Shown: piece after piece, positions 23,657 to 36,230 of the stretch | Layout of the letters: each line of letters opens with the position of its first letter | How positions within the stretch are numbered: position 1 is the first letter of the stretch | Assembly: GCF_963921235.1 (NCBI RefSeq) | Contig: NC_086101.1 | Span: 12,216,001 to 12,280,000 of the forward strand | Source: Mobula hypostoma | Taxonomy: Eukaryota | Direction: 5' to 3' | DNA length: 64,000 nt | Translations under genes and position numbers: made by a program | Notes under the pieces: model-generated | Told to the model about the DNA's origin: nothing | Database searches by the model: none | The model's input: only the letters and a program-made list of their open reading frames with translations

Positions 23657-26600
23657 ACTACACCTGCCTCAAATACTTTCTTTGGCACTTCAGTCTGCTG
23701 CACTAAGGGTGAAGAGGATGCCTGTCTGCTTCCTTTAGAACCTTCCCCCTCTCACCTTAAACCTACGCCCTCTGTGTCTTTGGTTCCCTCTCCCACAGAA
23801 GAAAAATTCTTTGGCCTGAGGGTGGCGAATATGTGGAATTCATTGCCGCAGGTGGCAGTGGAAGGTAATTCATCAAGTATGTTTAAAGCAGAAATTTATA
23901 GGCTCCTGATTAGTATGGGTGTCAAAGGTCACAGAGAGAAGGCAGGATAATGGATTTGAGAGGATAAATAAATCAGCCATGATGGAGTGGTGCAGCAGAC
24001 TTGAGGGGCTGAGTCACCTGATTCTGCTCCTGTCTTATAGTTTATGGGAAAAAGACTGTGAACGTTAAACTTATCTGTACCCCTCATACCTTAATGAGAG
24101 CTACCACAAAGCTACCTGCATCATCTTCTCAGACTACCCACCCCTCTGCTCACCTCCCATCATTACTGGTCTCATTAGATAAGAATATTAACTACACTTT
24201 AATGCTATGTCTTTCTCTGCAAAGAGGTTTCCCATAACATGACTTTGAATGGTTTCATTGCAGAGTGGGATGTAGAGAGTTTTGAAGAAGGAAGACTATA
24301 AGACTACAAGACATAGGAACAGAATTAGGCCATTTGGCCCATTGAGTCTGCTCCACCACTTGATCATGGCTGATTTAATCTCCCTCTCAACTCCATTCTC
24401 TTGCCTTCTTCTCTTAACATTTTATGTACTTTCTAAGCAAGAACCTATCAACCTCCACTTTAAACATACCCAATGATTTGGCTCGCACAGCTGTCTGTAG
24501 CAAGAAATTCCACAAATTCACCTCTTTCTGGCTAAAGTAATTCCTTCTCATCTCTGTTCTAAAAGGATCTCCTTCTGTTTTAAAGCTGTACCCCCCCCAC
24601 CCCCCGGTTCTAGATTCTCCCACTATTGTAAACATCCTCTCCACGTCCACTCTGCCCAGGCATTTCAGTATTTGGTAGGTTTCAGTTATATCGCCCTCAT
24701 TCTTCTAAACTCCAATGAGTACAGGCCCAGAACCTTCAAATGTTTGATGGGTTGATATTTAACCCTTTCACTCCCAGGGTCATTCTTGTGAACCTCCTCT
24801 GGATCCGCTCCAGTGCTAGCACATCTTTTCTTAGATAAGTGGCGCAAAACTGTTCACAATACGTCAAGTGCAGGCTGACCAATGCCTCGTAAAATTTCAG
24901 CATTAAATGCTTGTTTTTATGTTTTAGTCCTCTGGAAATGAATGCTAACATTGCATTTGCTTTCTTTATTACCCTCCAAACTTGCAACTCAACCTTTCGG
25001 GAATCTGCGGTAGGACTCCCACCAGGAAGAGAACTGACGGGCCAAATAATCTCCCATACCCTCTCCAAAGTCAAAGTCAAGGTGAAGTTTATCGTCAAAT
25101 GCACAAGTACCTGTGTGAACAGGTGCAAATAAAAACTCACCTGTAGCAGTACCACAGGCACGTGGCATTCACAAGGAAAACATAAACTGAACACTGTTTT
25201 TTGCAAGAAAGAACACTAATAGAACAAAAGAAAACATTTTTTGTGCAACGTGATCAAAGTGGTCATAGAATCAGAATCAGAATCAGGTTTATTATCACTG
25301 ATGCATATCATGACATTTGTTGTTTTGCAGCAGCAGTACAGAGCAATACAAAAACAATTACTATACAAATAGTGCAGAAGGGTGAGGAAGTGTTCACAGG
25401 TTCATGGACTGTCGGAAATCTGATGGCAGAGGGGAAGAAGCTGTTCCTAAAATGTTGAGTGTGGGTTTTCAATCTCCTGTACTTCCTCCCTGATGGCCGT
25501 AAGAAACTCTGGTAGTGATTTTTCTCTCTTTTTTCCACTATTTATTTATTCTTTATATTTCTTACCTCATCGTAATCTTTTTGTCTTGCATCGTACTTAC
25601 TTTACTTTATACTTTATTGTCGCCAAACAATTGATACTAGAGCGTACAATCATCACAGCGATATTTGATTCTGCGCTTTGTGCTCCCTGGAGTACTAATC
25701 AATAGTAAATATTAAAAATTTAAATTATAAATCATAAATAGAAAATAGAAAGGGGAAAGTAAGGTAGTGCAAAAAAACCGAGAGGCAGGTCCGGATATTT
25801 GGAGGGTACGGCCCAGATCCGGGTCAGGATCAGTTCAGCAGTCTTATCACAGTTGGAAAGAAGTTGTTCCCAAATCCGGCCGTACGAGTCTTCAAGCTCC
25901 TGAGCCTTCTCCCAGAGGGAAGAGGGACAAAAAGTCTTTTGGCTGGGTGGGTGGTGTCCTTGATTATCCTGGCAGCACTGCTCCGACAGCATGCGGTGTA
26001 AAGTGATGCAGAACAACTTATGTCACATCATGGGTCTGTGATGATAATTCTGATCCTGATTAGGATAGTGTCAGTTGGTTCAAGAGCTGAACGGTTGAAG
26101 GGAAGTAGCGATTCTTGAACCTGGTGGTGTCGGACCTCAGGCTTCTGTACCTCTGACCCGATGGCACGGCCTGGACTGTGGAGACAGAAATTGTCTGCTT
26201 GAGTCAGCGTATTCTGTAGACACTCCCGATGGTGGAGACTCGCAGGGGTTCCACCTGTCGTCCACGGACCCCTCGGTTAATGGTAAGGGTGCACGGCTGA
26301 AGAGAGGTTGGGAGCCCCTGGTGGAGAAGGATGTGCCAGTGGCAGAGAGTCCATTTCTCTCTGCAGCTCTCAAGTCTGAAGTGAAGGGATATCAGAATCA
26401 GTATTAGCTTCAATATCACCGGGATCTGTCATGAAATGTGCTAACTTTGTGGCAGCTGTACAATGCAATATGTAATATAGAGACACTGAATTACAGTAAG
26501 TATATACACGTATATATAATAGTTAAATTAAAATAATCAGTGAGGCGGTGTTCACGGGTTCAATGTCCATTTAGAAATCAGATGGCAGAGGGGAGGAAGC

Positions 26601-27382
26601 TGTTCCTGAATCATTGAGTGCGTGCTCTCAGACTCCTGTATCTCCTTCCTGACGGCAACAATGAGAAGAGGGCATGTTCTGGGTGTTAGGGGCCCTTAAT
26701 GACGGACGCTGCCTTCCTGCGCCATGCGCACCTTGAAGGTGTCTTGGATACCATGGAGGCTACTGCCCACGATGGAGCTGACTAATTTTTATAATTTTCT
26801 GCAGCATACTTCAATCCTGTGCAGTAGCCCCCCTGCGCCTCCCCCCCCATTACCAGACGGTGAGGCAGCCAGTCAGAATGTTCTGCACGGAACATTTGAG
26901 GAAGTTTTCGAGCATTTTAGGCGACAAACCAAACCTCCTCAAACTCCTAGTGAAAGATAGCCTATTCCGGAAATCATTGACAAATTAACAGGGTCATTCA
27001 GTATACCTGGCTTCAAGTCTGATAACTGGGATTTATCTGCCTGTAATATATCTCTGTACTGGTTTTATCAACACTGTTATCACTGGACACAATACCAGGC
27101 TGCACAGAGAGGCTCCTGTGATTTAATTTCTAGTATAACATGCTTATGAAAGTCTACTGAAAGAGATTGCTGTCCGTCCAGTCCGTTTCTCCCTGAATGG
27201 TGCTGAGTCATACTCTGCAAAGGGACTGCAATTCGTAGATTATGTGCCTGTTCCCATGAGTCACCATTCATTCTTCCTGCTGAGTCAACAGAGGAAAGGC
27301 TCCCTCTCAGATTTACATAGAACAGTTAACGAGGCCCTTCGGCCCACAATGTCGATATCAAACACAATGCTGAAATAAACTA

Positions 27383-28073
27383 CACAAACACGAGGAAATC
27401 TGCAGATGCTGGAATTTCAAGCAACACACATAAACGTTGCTGGTGAACGCAGCAGGCCAGGCATCTCTAGGAAGAGGTACAGTCGACGTTTCGGGCAGGA
27501 TCTCCTAGCGGCCGCACATTTTAATTCCACATCCCATTCCCATTCTGACATGTCTATCCACGGCCTCCTCTACTGTAAAGATGAAGCCACACTCAAGTTG
27601 GAGGAACAACACCTTATATTCCATCTGGGTAGCTTCCAACCTGATGGCATGAACATTGACTTCTCTAACTTCTGTTAATGCCCCACCTCCCCCTTGTACC
27701 CCATCCGTTATTTATTTATATACACACATTCTTTTTCTCTCTCTCCTTTTTCTCCCTCTGTCCCCCTCACTATACTCCTTGCCCATCCTCTGGATTTTTC
27801 CCCCCTCCCCCTTTTCTTTCTCCCCAGACCTCCTGTCCCATGATCCTCTCGTATCCCTTTTGCCAATCACCTGTCCAGCTCTTGGCTCCATCCCTCCCCC
27901 TCCTGTCTTCTCCTATCATTTTGGATCTCCCCCTCCCCCTCCCACTTTCAAATCTCTTACTCACTCTTCCTTCAGTTAGTCCTGACGAAGGGTCTCGGCC
28001 TGAAACGTCGACTGTACCTCTTCCTAGAGATGCTGCCTGGCCTGCTGCGTTCACCAGCAACTTTGATGTGCGT
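27383..28073 (+). mobile_element. PLE-derived element with inverted terminal pseudo-LTR, GIY-YIG C-terminal remnant and intact hammerhead; TSD TGCTGAA(A/G)TAAACTA
   Basis: HFNSTSHSHSDMSIHGL..LEEQHLIF remnant; TSD at 27368-27382 and 28074-28088 (1 mismatch). Confidence 0.85.
27978..28013 (+). ncRNA. Minimal type I hammerhead ribozyme motif (PLE-associated)
   Basis: AGTC-CTGACGA-AGGGTCTCGGCCT-GAAAC-GTC-GACT: stem I AGTC/GACT, conserved core, GUC cleavage triplet. Confidence 0.75.
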
Positions 28074-28694
28074 TGCTGAAGTAAACTAACTCTCTTCTGC
28101 CTGAAAGTGATCCATATCCCTCAATTCCCTCTGAGCTTCGTGGCGATTTGCCCCACTGAGACCAAGGCCTGAGTCGCTCCGGGCTGCTCCAGGGATTCGC
28201 ATCTCAGGACTCAGTTTGGTTCGGAATGCTGTTGCTCACTTCCATCGTTTGCGTGATTTGTCTCTTTTCTCTGTTTCTCTGTTACTCATACATCCTATGG
28301 TAATAAATATACTTTAAGACTTTTCAACATTCATGTGTCTATCTGATAGTGTCTTAAATGCCACTATCATATCCGTTTTCACCACTACCCCTGGCAACCC
28401 GTTACCAACCTGTGTAAAAATCTTACCCTGCACATCTACTTCAACCGTTCCCCCTCTCACCTGAAGAGCCACTAACTTCTCCCCTTGGCTGCAATGGCCA
28501 ATGTAAAGGGTCATAATGTGATTACTGGAAAATATAATGTGGAGGATGTCAGCAGCTTGCTTTTAACACGGAGCACCCTGGCAGGGGTGGTGGTAGAGGC
28601 AGATAGGCACATGGATGATGGAAAAATGGAGGGCAATGTGGGAGGGAATGGTTCGATTGGTCTTTCTCACTCTCACACACACACCACACACACA

Positions 28695-30045
28695 CAATGC
28701 CTCCTATGCTTGCTCTGACTGTCACAACATGGAGGAACCATCACGACCTCCCACAGCGCCCGGTGATCCTGTGGTTTCAGTCCCTGAGGCTGACAGACGA
28801 GCATCCTTCAGGAGGGTGAAACCACTGAGAATGGGTACCTGGAGCTGTGCTGATCAACTGGCCAGAGAGTTCACTGAGATCTTTAACCTCTCGCTTCGGC
28901 AGTCTGAGGTACCCACCTGTTTCATGCAGGCTTGACTCACACCAGTGCCTAAAAAGAATGTGGTACCTGCCTCGGTAAATATTGTCCAGTAGCACTTACA
29001 TCCACTGTGATGAAGTGTTTTGAGAGGTTGCTGACGAAACATATGAACTCTTGCCTCAGAAGAGACATAATCAGCTCCAATTTGCCTACCATGACAACAG
29101 GTCCACAGCACATGCCACTTCATTGGCTTTTCACTCAACACTGGAACATCTGGACAGCAAAGATCCATACACCAGGATGCTCTTTATCAATTACAATTTG
29201 TCAAATCTAATCAATAATCTTAAAGTCCTAAGCCTCAATACCTGTTTGAGTAATGCATCCTCAATTTCCTCACTTGAAGACCCCAGTTACTATAGATTGC
29301 CATCAACATCTCCTCCACAGTCACTATCAGCACAGGTACATGACAAGGCTGTGTGCTTAGCCCCCTGCTCTATTCGCTTTACACCTACGACTGTGAGGCA
29401 GAGCACAGCTCTAATGCCATATTCAAGTTTGTTGACAATATTACTATTGCAGCCTAAATCAAAGGTGGTGATGAATCAGGATATAGGAGGGAGATTGAAA
29501 ATCCAGCTGAGTGATGCCATAACAACAACCTCTCACTCAGTGTCAGCAAGACCAAGGAGCTGATTACTGACCCCAGGAGGAGGAAACCAGAGGTCCATGA
29601 GCCTGTCCTCATCGGAGGATCAGGATTGGAGAGTGGTCAGCTATTTTAAATTCTTCAATGTCATCACTTCAGAGGATCTGTCCTGGGTGCAGCACTTAAG
29701 TGCAATTATGAAGAAGGCACGGCAATGCCTCTTCTTCCTCAGGAGTTGCAAAGATTTGGCATAACATCTAAAACTTTGACAAACCTTTATAGATGCGCTG
29801 TGGAGAGAATACTGACTGGCTGCATCACAGACAGGTAAGGAAACACCAATGTCCTTGAATGGAAAATCCTACAAAAGTAGTGGCTCTGGCCCAGTTCATC
29901 ACAGGTAAAGACCTCCACACCATTGAGCGTATTGCAGGAAAGCAGCATCCATCATCAGGGACCCTCACCACCCAGGTTATGTTCTCTCCTTGCTCCTGCC
30001 ATCAGGAAGAATGTACAGGACTCCCACTACCAGGTTCAGGAACAG
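28695..30045 (+). mobile_element. Degenerate Rex1/Babar-type LINE RT fragment
   Basis: MKCFERL, QFAY, HSTLEHLD, LSP motifs across frameshifts. Confidence 0.75.
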
Positions 30046-31164
30046 TTGTTGTTGTTGTTCAGTGCCATCGAGTGATTGCTAACTCCTGATGATCCTATGC
30101 CCAAATGAATTTTGATCCTCCTAAAGGTGGCTCATTGTAGATGACGTTGCATTCCCATTGCAGTCCTTATTGTGTCCATCTATCTGACTGGTGGCCTTCC
30201 TCTCTTCCATTGTCCTTCCCTCTTGCCGACCATGATATCCTTTCCCAGGGAGCCGTTTCTTCGCACGAGGTGCCCAAAGTACAATAGGCGGAGTCTTGTC
30301 ATTTGAGGCTCTGGAGAGAGACTTGTTTTGATCTTGTAGAGGAGTGATTCGTTTCTTCTGTGAGAGGTCCATGAGATGCGTAGTATTTTTCTCCAGCACC
30401 ACAGTGCCTTCTTCTTTACCGTCCAACTATTGCATCTATATAATGTCGTTGAGAACACCATCGTCTGCACAAGTCGAATCTTTGTATGTAGAGTTGGACT
30501 CCTGTTCCTGAGGATCTTCTCTAAATCCTTCATGGCTGCTCTGCCAAGGGTGATTCTTCGTTGGTTTTCTTGACTGCTTACCACTTTGATGTTTATCATT
30601 GATCCAAGTTAGTTGACACTGTCAACCACTTCAATTTCCTCTCCATTGAGATTGAAATTGATTGTGCTGCCTGTAGTCATAATCTTAGTCTTCTTCAGTA
30701 ACGGCGCAGACCCATCTTGAGGCTACGTTCCTTGAAGTTGGTTAGCAGCTGCTTCAGGTCTTCTTCACTTTCAGCCAGTATTGTCGTGTCATCAGTATAA
30801 CGAAGGTTATTGGTGACTCTGCCACCAATGCTCACCCCTCGACCCTCGTATACTCCTGCTTCTCTGTAGATTTGTTCAGTGTACAAATTAAACAGGCAGG
30901 GGGAGAGAATCCAGCCTTGTCGTACCCCTTTACAGAAGCTGAACCATTCTGTTCCTCCTTGTTCCATTCAAACTGCTGCTTCTTGATTGATATCAAGATT
31001 GTGCAAAAAGACGATCAAATATTCTGGTACAGTCGTGTCTAAATATGATCCATAGTTTGTCATGATTGACGTGGGTGAATGCCTTGCTGTAGTCAATAAA
31101 GCACGTACAGATGTTGTTCTGGTATTCCTTTGCTTCCTCGAGAATCCATCTCACATCTGCAAAG

Positions 31165-31776
31165 CACATAAGGGAACGCAGCAGGCCAGGCAGCGTCTCT
31201 AGGAAGAGGTACAGTCGATGTTTCAGGCCGAGACCCTTCGTCAGGACTAACTGAAGGAAGAGCTAGTAAGAGATTTGAAAGTGGGAGGGGGAGGGGGAGA
31301 TCCAAAATGATAGGAGGGGGAGGGATGGAGCCAAGAGCTGGACAGTTGATCGGCAAAAGGGATATGAGAGGATCATGGGACGGGAGGCCTAGGGAGAAAG
31401 AAGGGGGGAGGGGGGAATTCTATGTTCATGCCATCAGGTTGGAGGCTACCCAGACGGAATATAAGGTGCTGTCCCTCCAACCTGAGAGTGGCTTCATCTT
31501 TACAGTAGAGGAGGCCGTGGATAGACATATCAGAATGGGATTGGGACGTGGAATTAGAATGTGTTGCCACTGGGAGATACTGCTTTCTCTGGCGGAAAGT
31601 GGGTCCTCCCACTTTCAAATCTCTTACTCTCTCTTCTTTCAGTTAGTCCTGACGAAGGGTCTCGGCCCGAAACGTCGACTGTACCTCTTCCTAGAGATGC
31701 TGCCTGGCCTGCTGCGTTCCCCAGCAATTTTTATGTGTGTTGCTTGAAATTCCAGCATCTGCAGATTTCCTCGTGT
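31165..31776. mobile_element. Inverted-end PLE-derived element inserted into an RTE LINE; 14-bp TSD TCACATCTGCAAAG
   Basis: TSD at 31151-31164 and 31777-31790; hammerhead motifs at 31213-31248 (-) and 31645-31680 (+). Confidence 0.88.
31645..31680 (+). ncRNA. Minimal type I hammerhead ribozyme motif (PLE-associated), intact core
   Basis: AGTC-CTGACGA-AGGGTCTCGGCCC-GAAAC-GTC-GACT. Confidence 0.78.
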
Positions 31777-32483
31777 TCACATCTGCAAAGACGTCTCTTG
31801 TTCCCCTTCCTTTCCTGAAAACTGCTTGCACTTTGGGAAGCTCCCGTTCTAAAGAAGGTTGAAGTATTTTCTGAATGATCTTTAGTTAAGATCTTTCAGA
31901 AACAGTTACTAGCCCTCAAACATCCGGCTCTTGAATCAGTGAATAAAACTTGATTTGACTTCACTGAAATGATCCCATAACCTATGGACTCATGTTCATG
32001 GACATTGCATGTTCTTGATATTTATTTTTTAGTTATATATTATCAGTATTTATGCTTATATTTGCACAGTTTATTGTCTTTTGTACGTTGCTTGCCCACC
32101 AGCTGGTGTGCCTTTTGCCCGATGCAGGCACCCTAGGCCTGAGTAGGCGTAGTAGTGGTGTGTCTTTCATTGATTCTATTGTGGTTATTGGAGTTATTGA
32201 GAATGCCCACAAGAAAATGAATCACAGTGTTGTATATGGTGACATACAGTATATGCACTTTGATGATAAATTTACTTTGAGCTTTGAACACACATACATT
32301 TACACATACTTTGAGTCTCTCTCACACACTTGCACACATACACATACACACAAGCATGTGCACAGGTATTTTGGATCCACAGTGAACTCAGGGACGCCTT
32401 TGTTGTGGAGGAATGCAAGAAGTTAAGCTCTTGGGATGCTGATTTTCTCAAAGCTCAGCTGAAAGTGCCCTTGGCAAGTCCGC

Positions 32484-32498
32484 CATTGTCATGCAGGT
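32484..32498 (+). promoter_or_regulatory. Sox-Oct composite-like motif CATTGTCATGCAGGT in a TE-poor island
   Basis: Sox half-site CATTGT adjacent, at canonical spacing, to an ATGCA octamer-like half-site with 2 mismatches to ATGCAAAT. Confidence 0.35.
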
Positions 32499-34410
32499 TT
32501 CAAGTCCCAGGATGCGTGACAGAGGAGTGATTGGCAGCTCTTGATGTTGTTGCTCAGATAAGCCTATGAACACCTTCAAAGAGACAATGGGGCTCAGCTC
32601 CTGATTAAACAGCGAACCTTTCCCTTCTCCCCTACGGAGAACAGTAATTAACAAGCCCAGAGACAAAAGGAGGCACTTGAACTCACCCCTCCCAACCTTC
32701 TCTCGTCTTCACTTTGTTTCCTCTTGCAGATCCGAACCCTTTCATTATTACAAGGCCATTGACAACAAAAGGTTAAGAGAACTTTTCTGTTTGCCTGTAG
32801 CAGTATTCCTCTGCCGCTGCCTGCTTTCTGTGCAGCAGGTTACGAGAAGGATTACAGCGACACGTTCACAGTGTGAGCCACGGGAAGCTTGTGTGGCATA
32901 GACAATGCAAAGAAAGTTCCAATAAAGTTCCGAAGTACTTAGAAATCACACCAACAGTTTTATTTTCTATCTTTAGCAACCGCGACACCATCAGTTAATC
33001 GGCAGAATGGACTACAAGTGATTCTGCAGATGCTGGAAATCTTGAGCAGGGCACCACACACCCCTCCCCCCTCACCACCCCCATCTCTTCTATCACCTGC
33101 CAGTTCCTCCCCCCTCACCACCCCCGTCTCTTCTATCACCTGCCAGTTTGTACTCCACCCCGACCTTCTTGTTCTGGTTCCTCCCCCGCCCCCCTTTTTT
33201 TTCTAGTCCTGATGAACGGTCTCGGCCTGAAGCGTCGACTGTTTATACTCCACAAATAATGCCGGACCTGCTCAGTTCCTCCAGCATTTTGTTTGTGTGT
33301 GTGAAACACATCAGAGAAACCAGCCTGCTCTCTGTGGACTCGTTCTGCTCGCGGTTTCGGAAGCAGCTAACATACTGAAAGACGCCACCCATCCCGGACA
33401 TGCTCCCCTCACAGCGGCTTGGGCGGAAGATGCGAAAACACGAGAGAGCGTACCAACAGGCTTAAGGGCAGCACCTACCCCGCTAAAACGCACACACAAA
33501 ATACAGGAGGAACTCCGCAGGTCAGGCAGCATCCACGGAAATGTTCGAACAGTCGACGTTTCCGGCCGAGACCACTTTTCGGGACTCGGGATTCCATCCC
33601 GCGGTCATCCGACTCTTTAAGAGACTTCTTGTACGTAAAGATGGACTCTTGGCCTCACAATCTATCTCGTTATGATCTGGCACTTTATCGTTTACCTATA
33701 CTTCATTCTTCCAGTATCTTGTACACTTTATTCTGCATTGTTATTTTTTTACCTATTCCTAGCGCAATGCACTGTGTATTTGATCTGTATGAACAAGACA
33801 AGACAAGCTTGACGCTGGTATTATATCTTGATGCACGTAGCAATAACCAATTCCGTTTTCAAACTGCCAAAGGAACTCAGCAGGCCAGGCAGCACCTATG
33901 GAGGGAAATACTGAAACGCCAGCTGTTTATTCCCCTCCATGGATGCTGGCAGACCTGCCGAGTTCCTCCAGCATTTTGTGTGTTAATCTGTATAGACCAA
34001 GCCAGTTGGATTATAAAATCTCGCTGAAGGAAACCTTTCTGCCCATCACATCTGAGCAAGCCCACTGGAGAGACGACGAGATGGCAGATCCTGGAATCAG
34101 GAGCAACAAACAATTTGCTGGAGGAACTCAGTGGCTTGAGCAGCAACTGTAGAAGGAAATGGACTGTTGACATGTTGAGTTGAGACCCTTCATCTGGACT
34201 GAAAGGCAGAGGGGAGATGGCTGGTATATTACAGCCCTCTGTTCCCTCCACTACCAGTCTCTGTCACTGCTCCTACTCTTCCCCCACCTCTCACCTGGTT
34301 CCGCCCACTCCCCTCTCCTCTCTAAACCTACCCCCTCTATATTTCAGTCCAAACGAAGGGTTTTGACCCTAAACATCAGCTGTACTTTTCCTTTTATAGA
34401 TGCTGTTGCA

Positions 34411-36230
34411 TAAGACCATAGATATAGGAGCAGAATCAGGTCATTTGGCCCATGATTCTTGCTCTGCCATTCAATCATGGCTGATCTAATTTTCCTCTCA
34501 GTCCCAACTCCTGCCTTCTCCCCATATCTCTTCATGCCCTGATCAATCAAGAATCTTATCAAACTCTGCCTTAAGTATACATAAAGGCTTGGCCTCTACA
34601 GCTGTCTGTGGCAAAGAATTCCATAGTTTCATCACTCTTTGGCTAAAGAAATTCCTCCTCATCTCCATTCTAAAAGGATGCCCCTCTATTCTGAGGCTGT
34701 GTCCTCTGGTCGTAAACTCTCCCACTATAGGAAACATCTTCTCCGCATCCACTTTATCAAGGCCTTTCACCATTCAATAGGTTTCAATGAGCTCATCTCT
34801 CATTTTCTGCATTCTAGTGAATACAAGCCCAGAGCCATCAAACGCTCTTCATATGACAAGCTGTCCAATCCTGGAATCATTTTTGTGAACCTCCTTTGAA
34901 CCCACACTAGTTTCAGCACGTCCTTTTTAAATAGGGGCCGAAACCTACTCACAAAACTCTGAGTGAGGCCTCACCACTTCTTTATAAAGACTCAACATGA
35001 CACCTCGCTTTTATATCCTAGTCCTCTTGAAATTAATGCTAACATTGCATTTGGCTTCCTCACCATCGACTCAACCTGAAAATTAACCTTTAGGGAATCC
35101 TGCACAAGGACTCCCAAATCCCTTTGCTCCTCAGTTTTTTTTTATTTTCGCTCCATTTAGAAAATAGTCAACCCTTTTATTTCTTCTACCAAAGTGCATG
35201 ACCATACATTTCCCAACATTGTATTCCATCAGCCATTTCTTTGCCCACTCTCCTGATCTGTCTAAGAATTCCTTCTCCTACTTCCTCAAAACTACCTGCC
35301 CCTTCACCTGCCTTCATATTGCCTGCTATCAATTCCATCATCCAAATCACTGATGAAAAACTAAAAAGTATTGGTCCTAATACAGACCCCTGTGGAACAC
35401 CACTAGTCACCGCAGCCCACCAGAAAAGGCTCCCTTTATTCCCACTCTTTGCCTCCTGCCAAGCAACCACTGCTTTATCCATGCTAGAATCTTTCCTGTA
35501 ATACCACAATAAGCACCTTGTCAAAGGCCTTCTGAAAATCCAAGCACACATCAACCGATTCTCCTTTGTCTATCCTGCTTGTTATTTCTTCAAAGAATTC
35601 CAAGAGATTTGTCAGGCAATGTTTTCTCTTGAGGAAACCATGCTGACTATGGTCTATTTTATCACATACCTCCAAGTATCCTGAGAGCTCATCCTTAATA
35701 ATTGGCTCCAACCACTGAGGTCAGACTAACAGGCTTTTAGTTTCCTTTCTTCTGCCTCTCTCCCTTCTTGAGCAGTGGAGTGACATTTGCAATTTTCCAG
35801 TCTTCCAGAACCATTGCAACATCTAGTGATTCTTGAAAGATCATTACTAATGCCTCCACGATTTCCTCAGCCACCGATTTCAGAACTGTGGGATGTATAC
35901 CATCTGGTCCAGGTGATTTATCTACCTTCAGACCTTTCAGTTTCCCAAGAACCTTCAGTCTAGTTATGGTAACTTGACACACTTCGTGACCCCTGACACC
36001 TGGAATTTTCACTATAGAGTCTTCCACAGTGAATACTGAAGCAAAATACTTACTCAGTTCACCCGCCATTTCATTTTCCCCCATTACTACCTCTCCAGCA
36101 TCATCTTCTAGTGGACTGATATCCATGCTCACCTCTTTTTTACACTTAATGTATCTGAAAAAAACTTTTGGTATCCTCTTTAATATTATTGGCTAGCTTA
36201 CATTCGTGTTCCTTTACCTTCTTAATAACT
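34411..36230 (-). mobile_element. Degenerate CR1 LINE
   Basis: [29 protein letters not shown] in broken ORFs; CR1-type 3' end. Confidence 0.88.

Larger units (their letters stand above)
30046..31910 (-). mobile_element. Degenerate RTE-clade LINE (RT), interrupted by the PLE element
   Basis: FRKGRGTRD, FIDYSKAF, GVRQG.ILSP.LFNLY, NNLRYTDDT motifs; (CAA)n tail. Confidence 0.88.
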
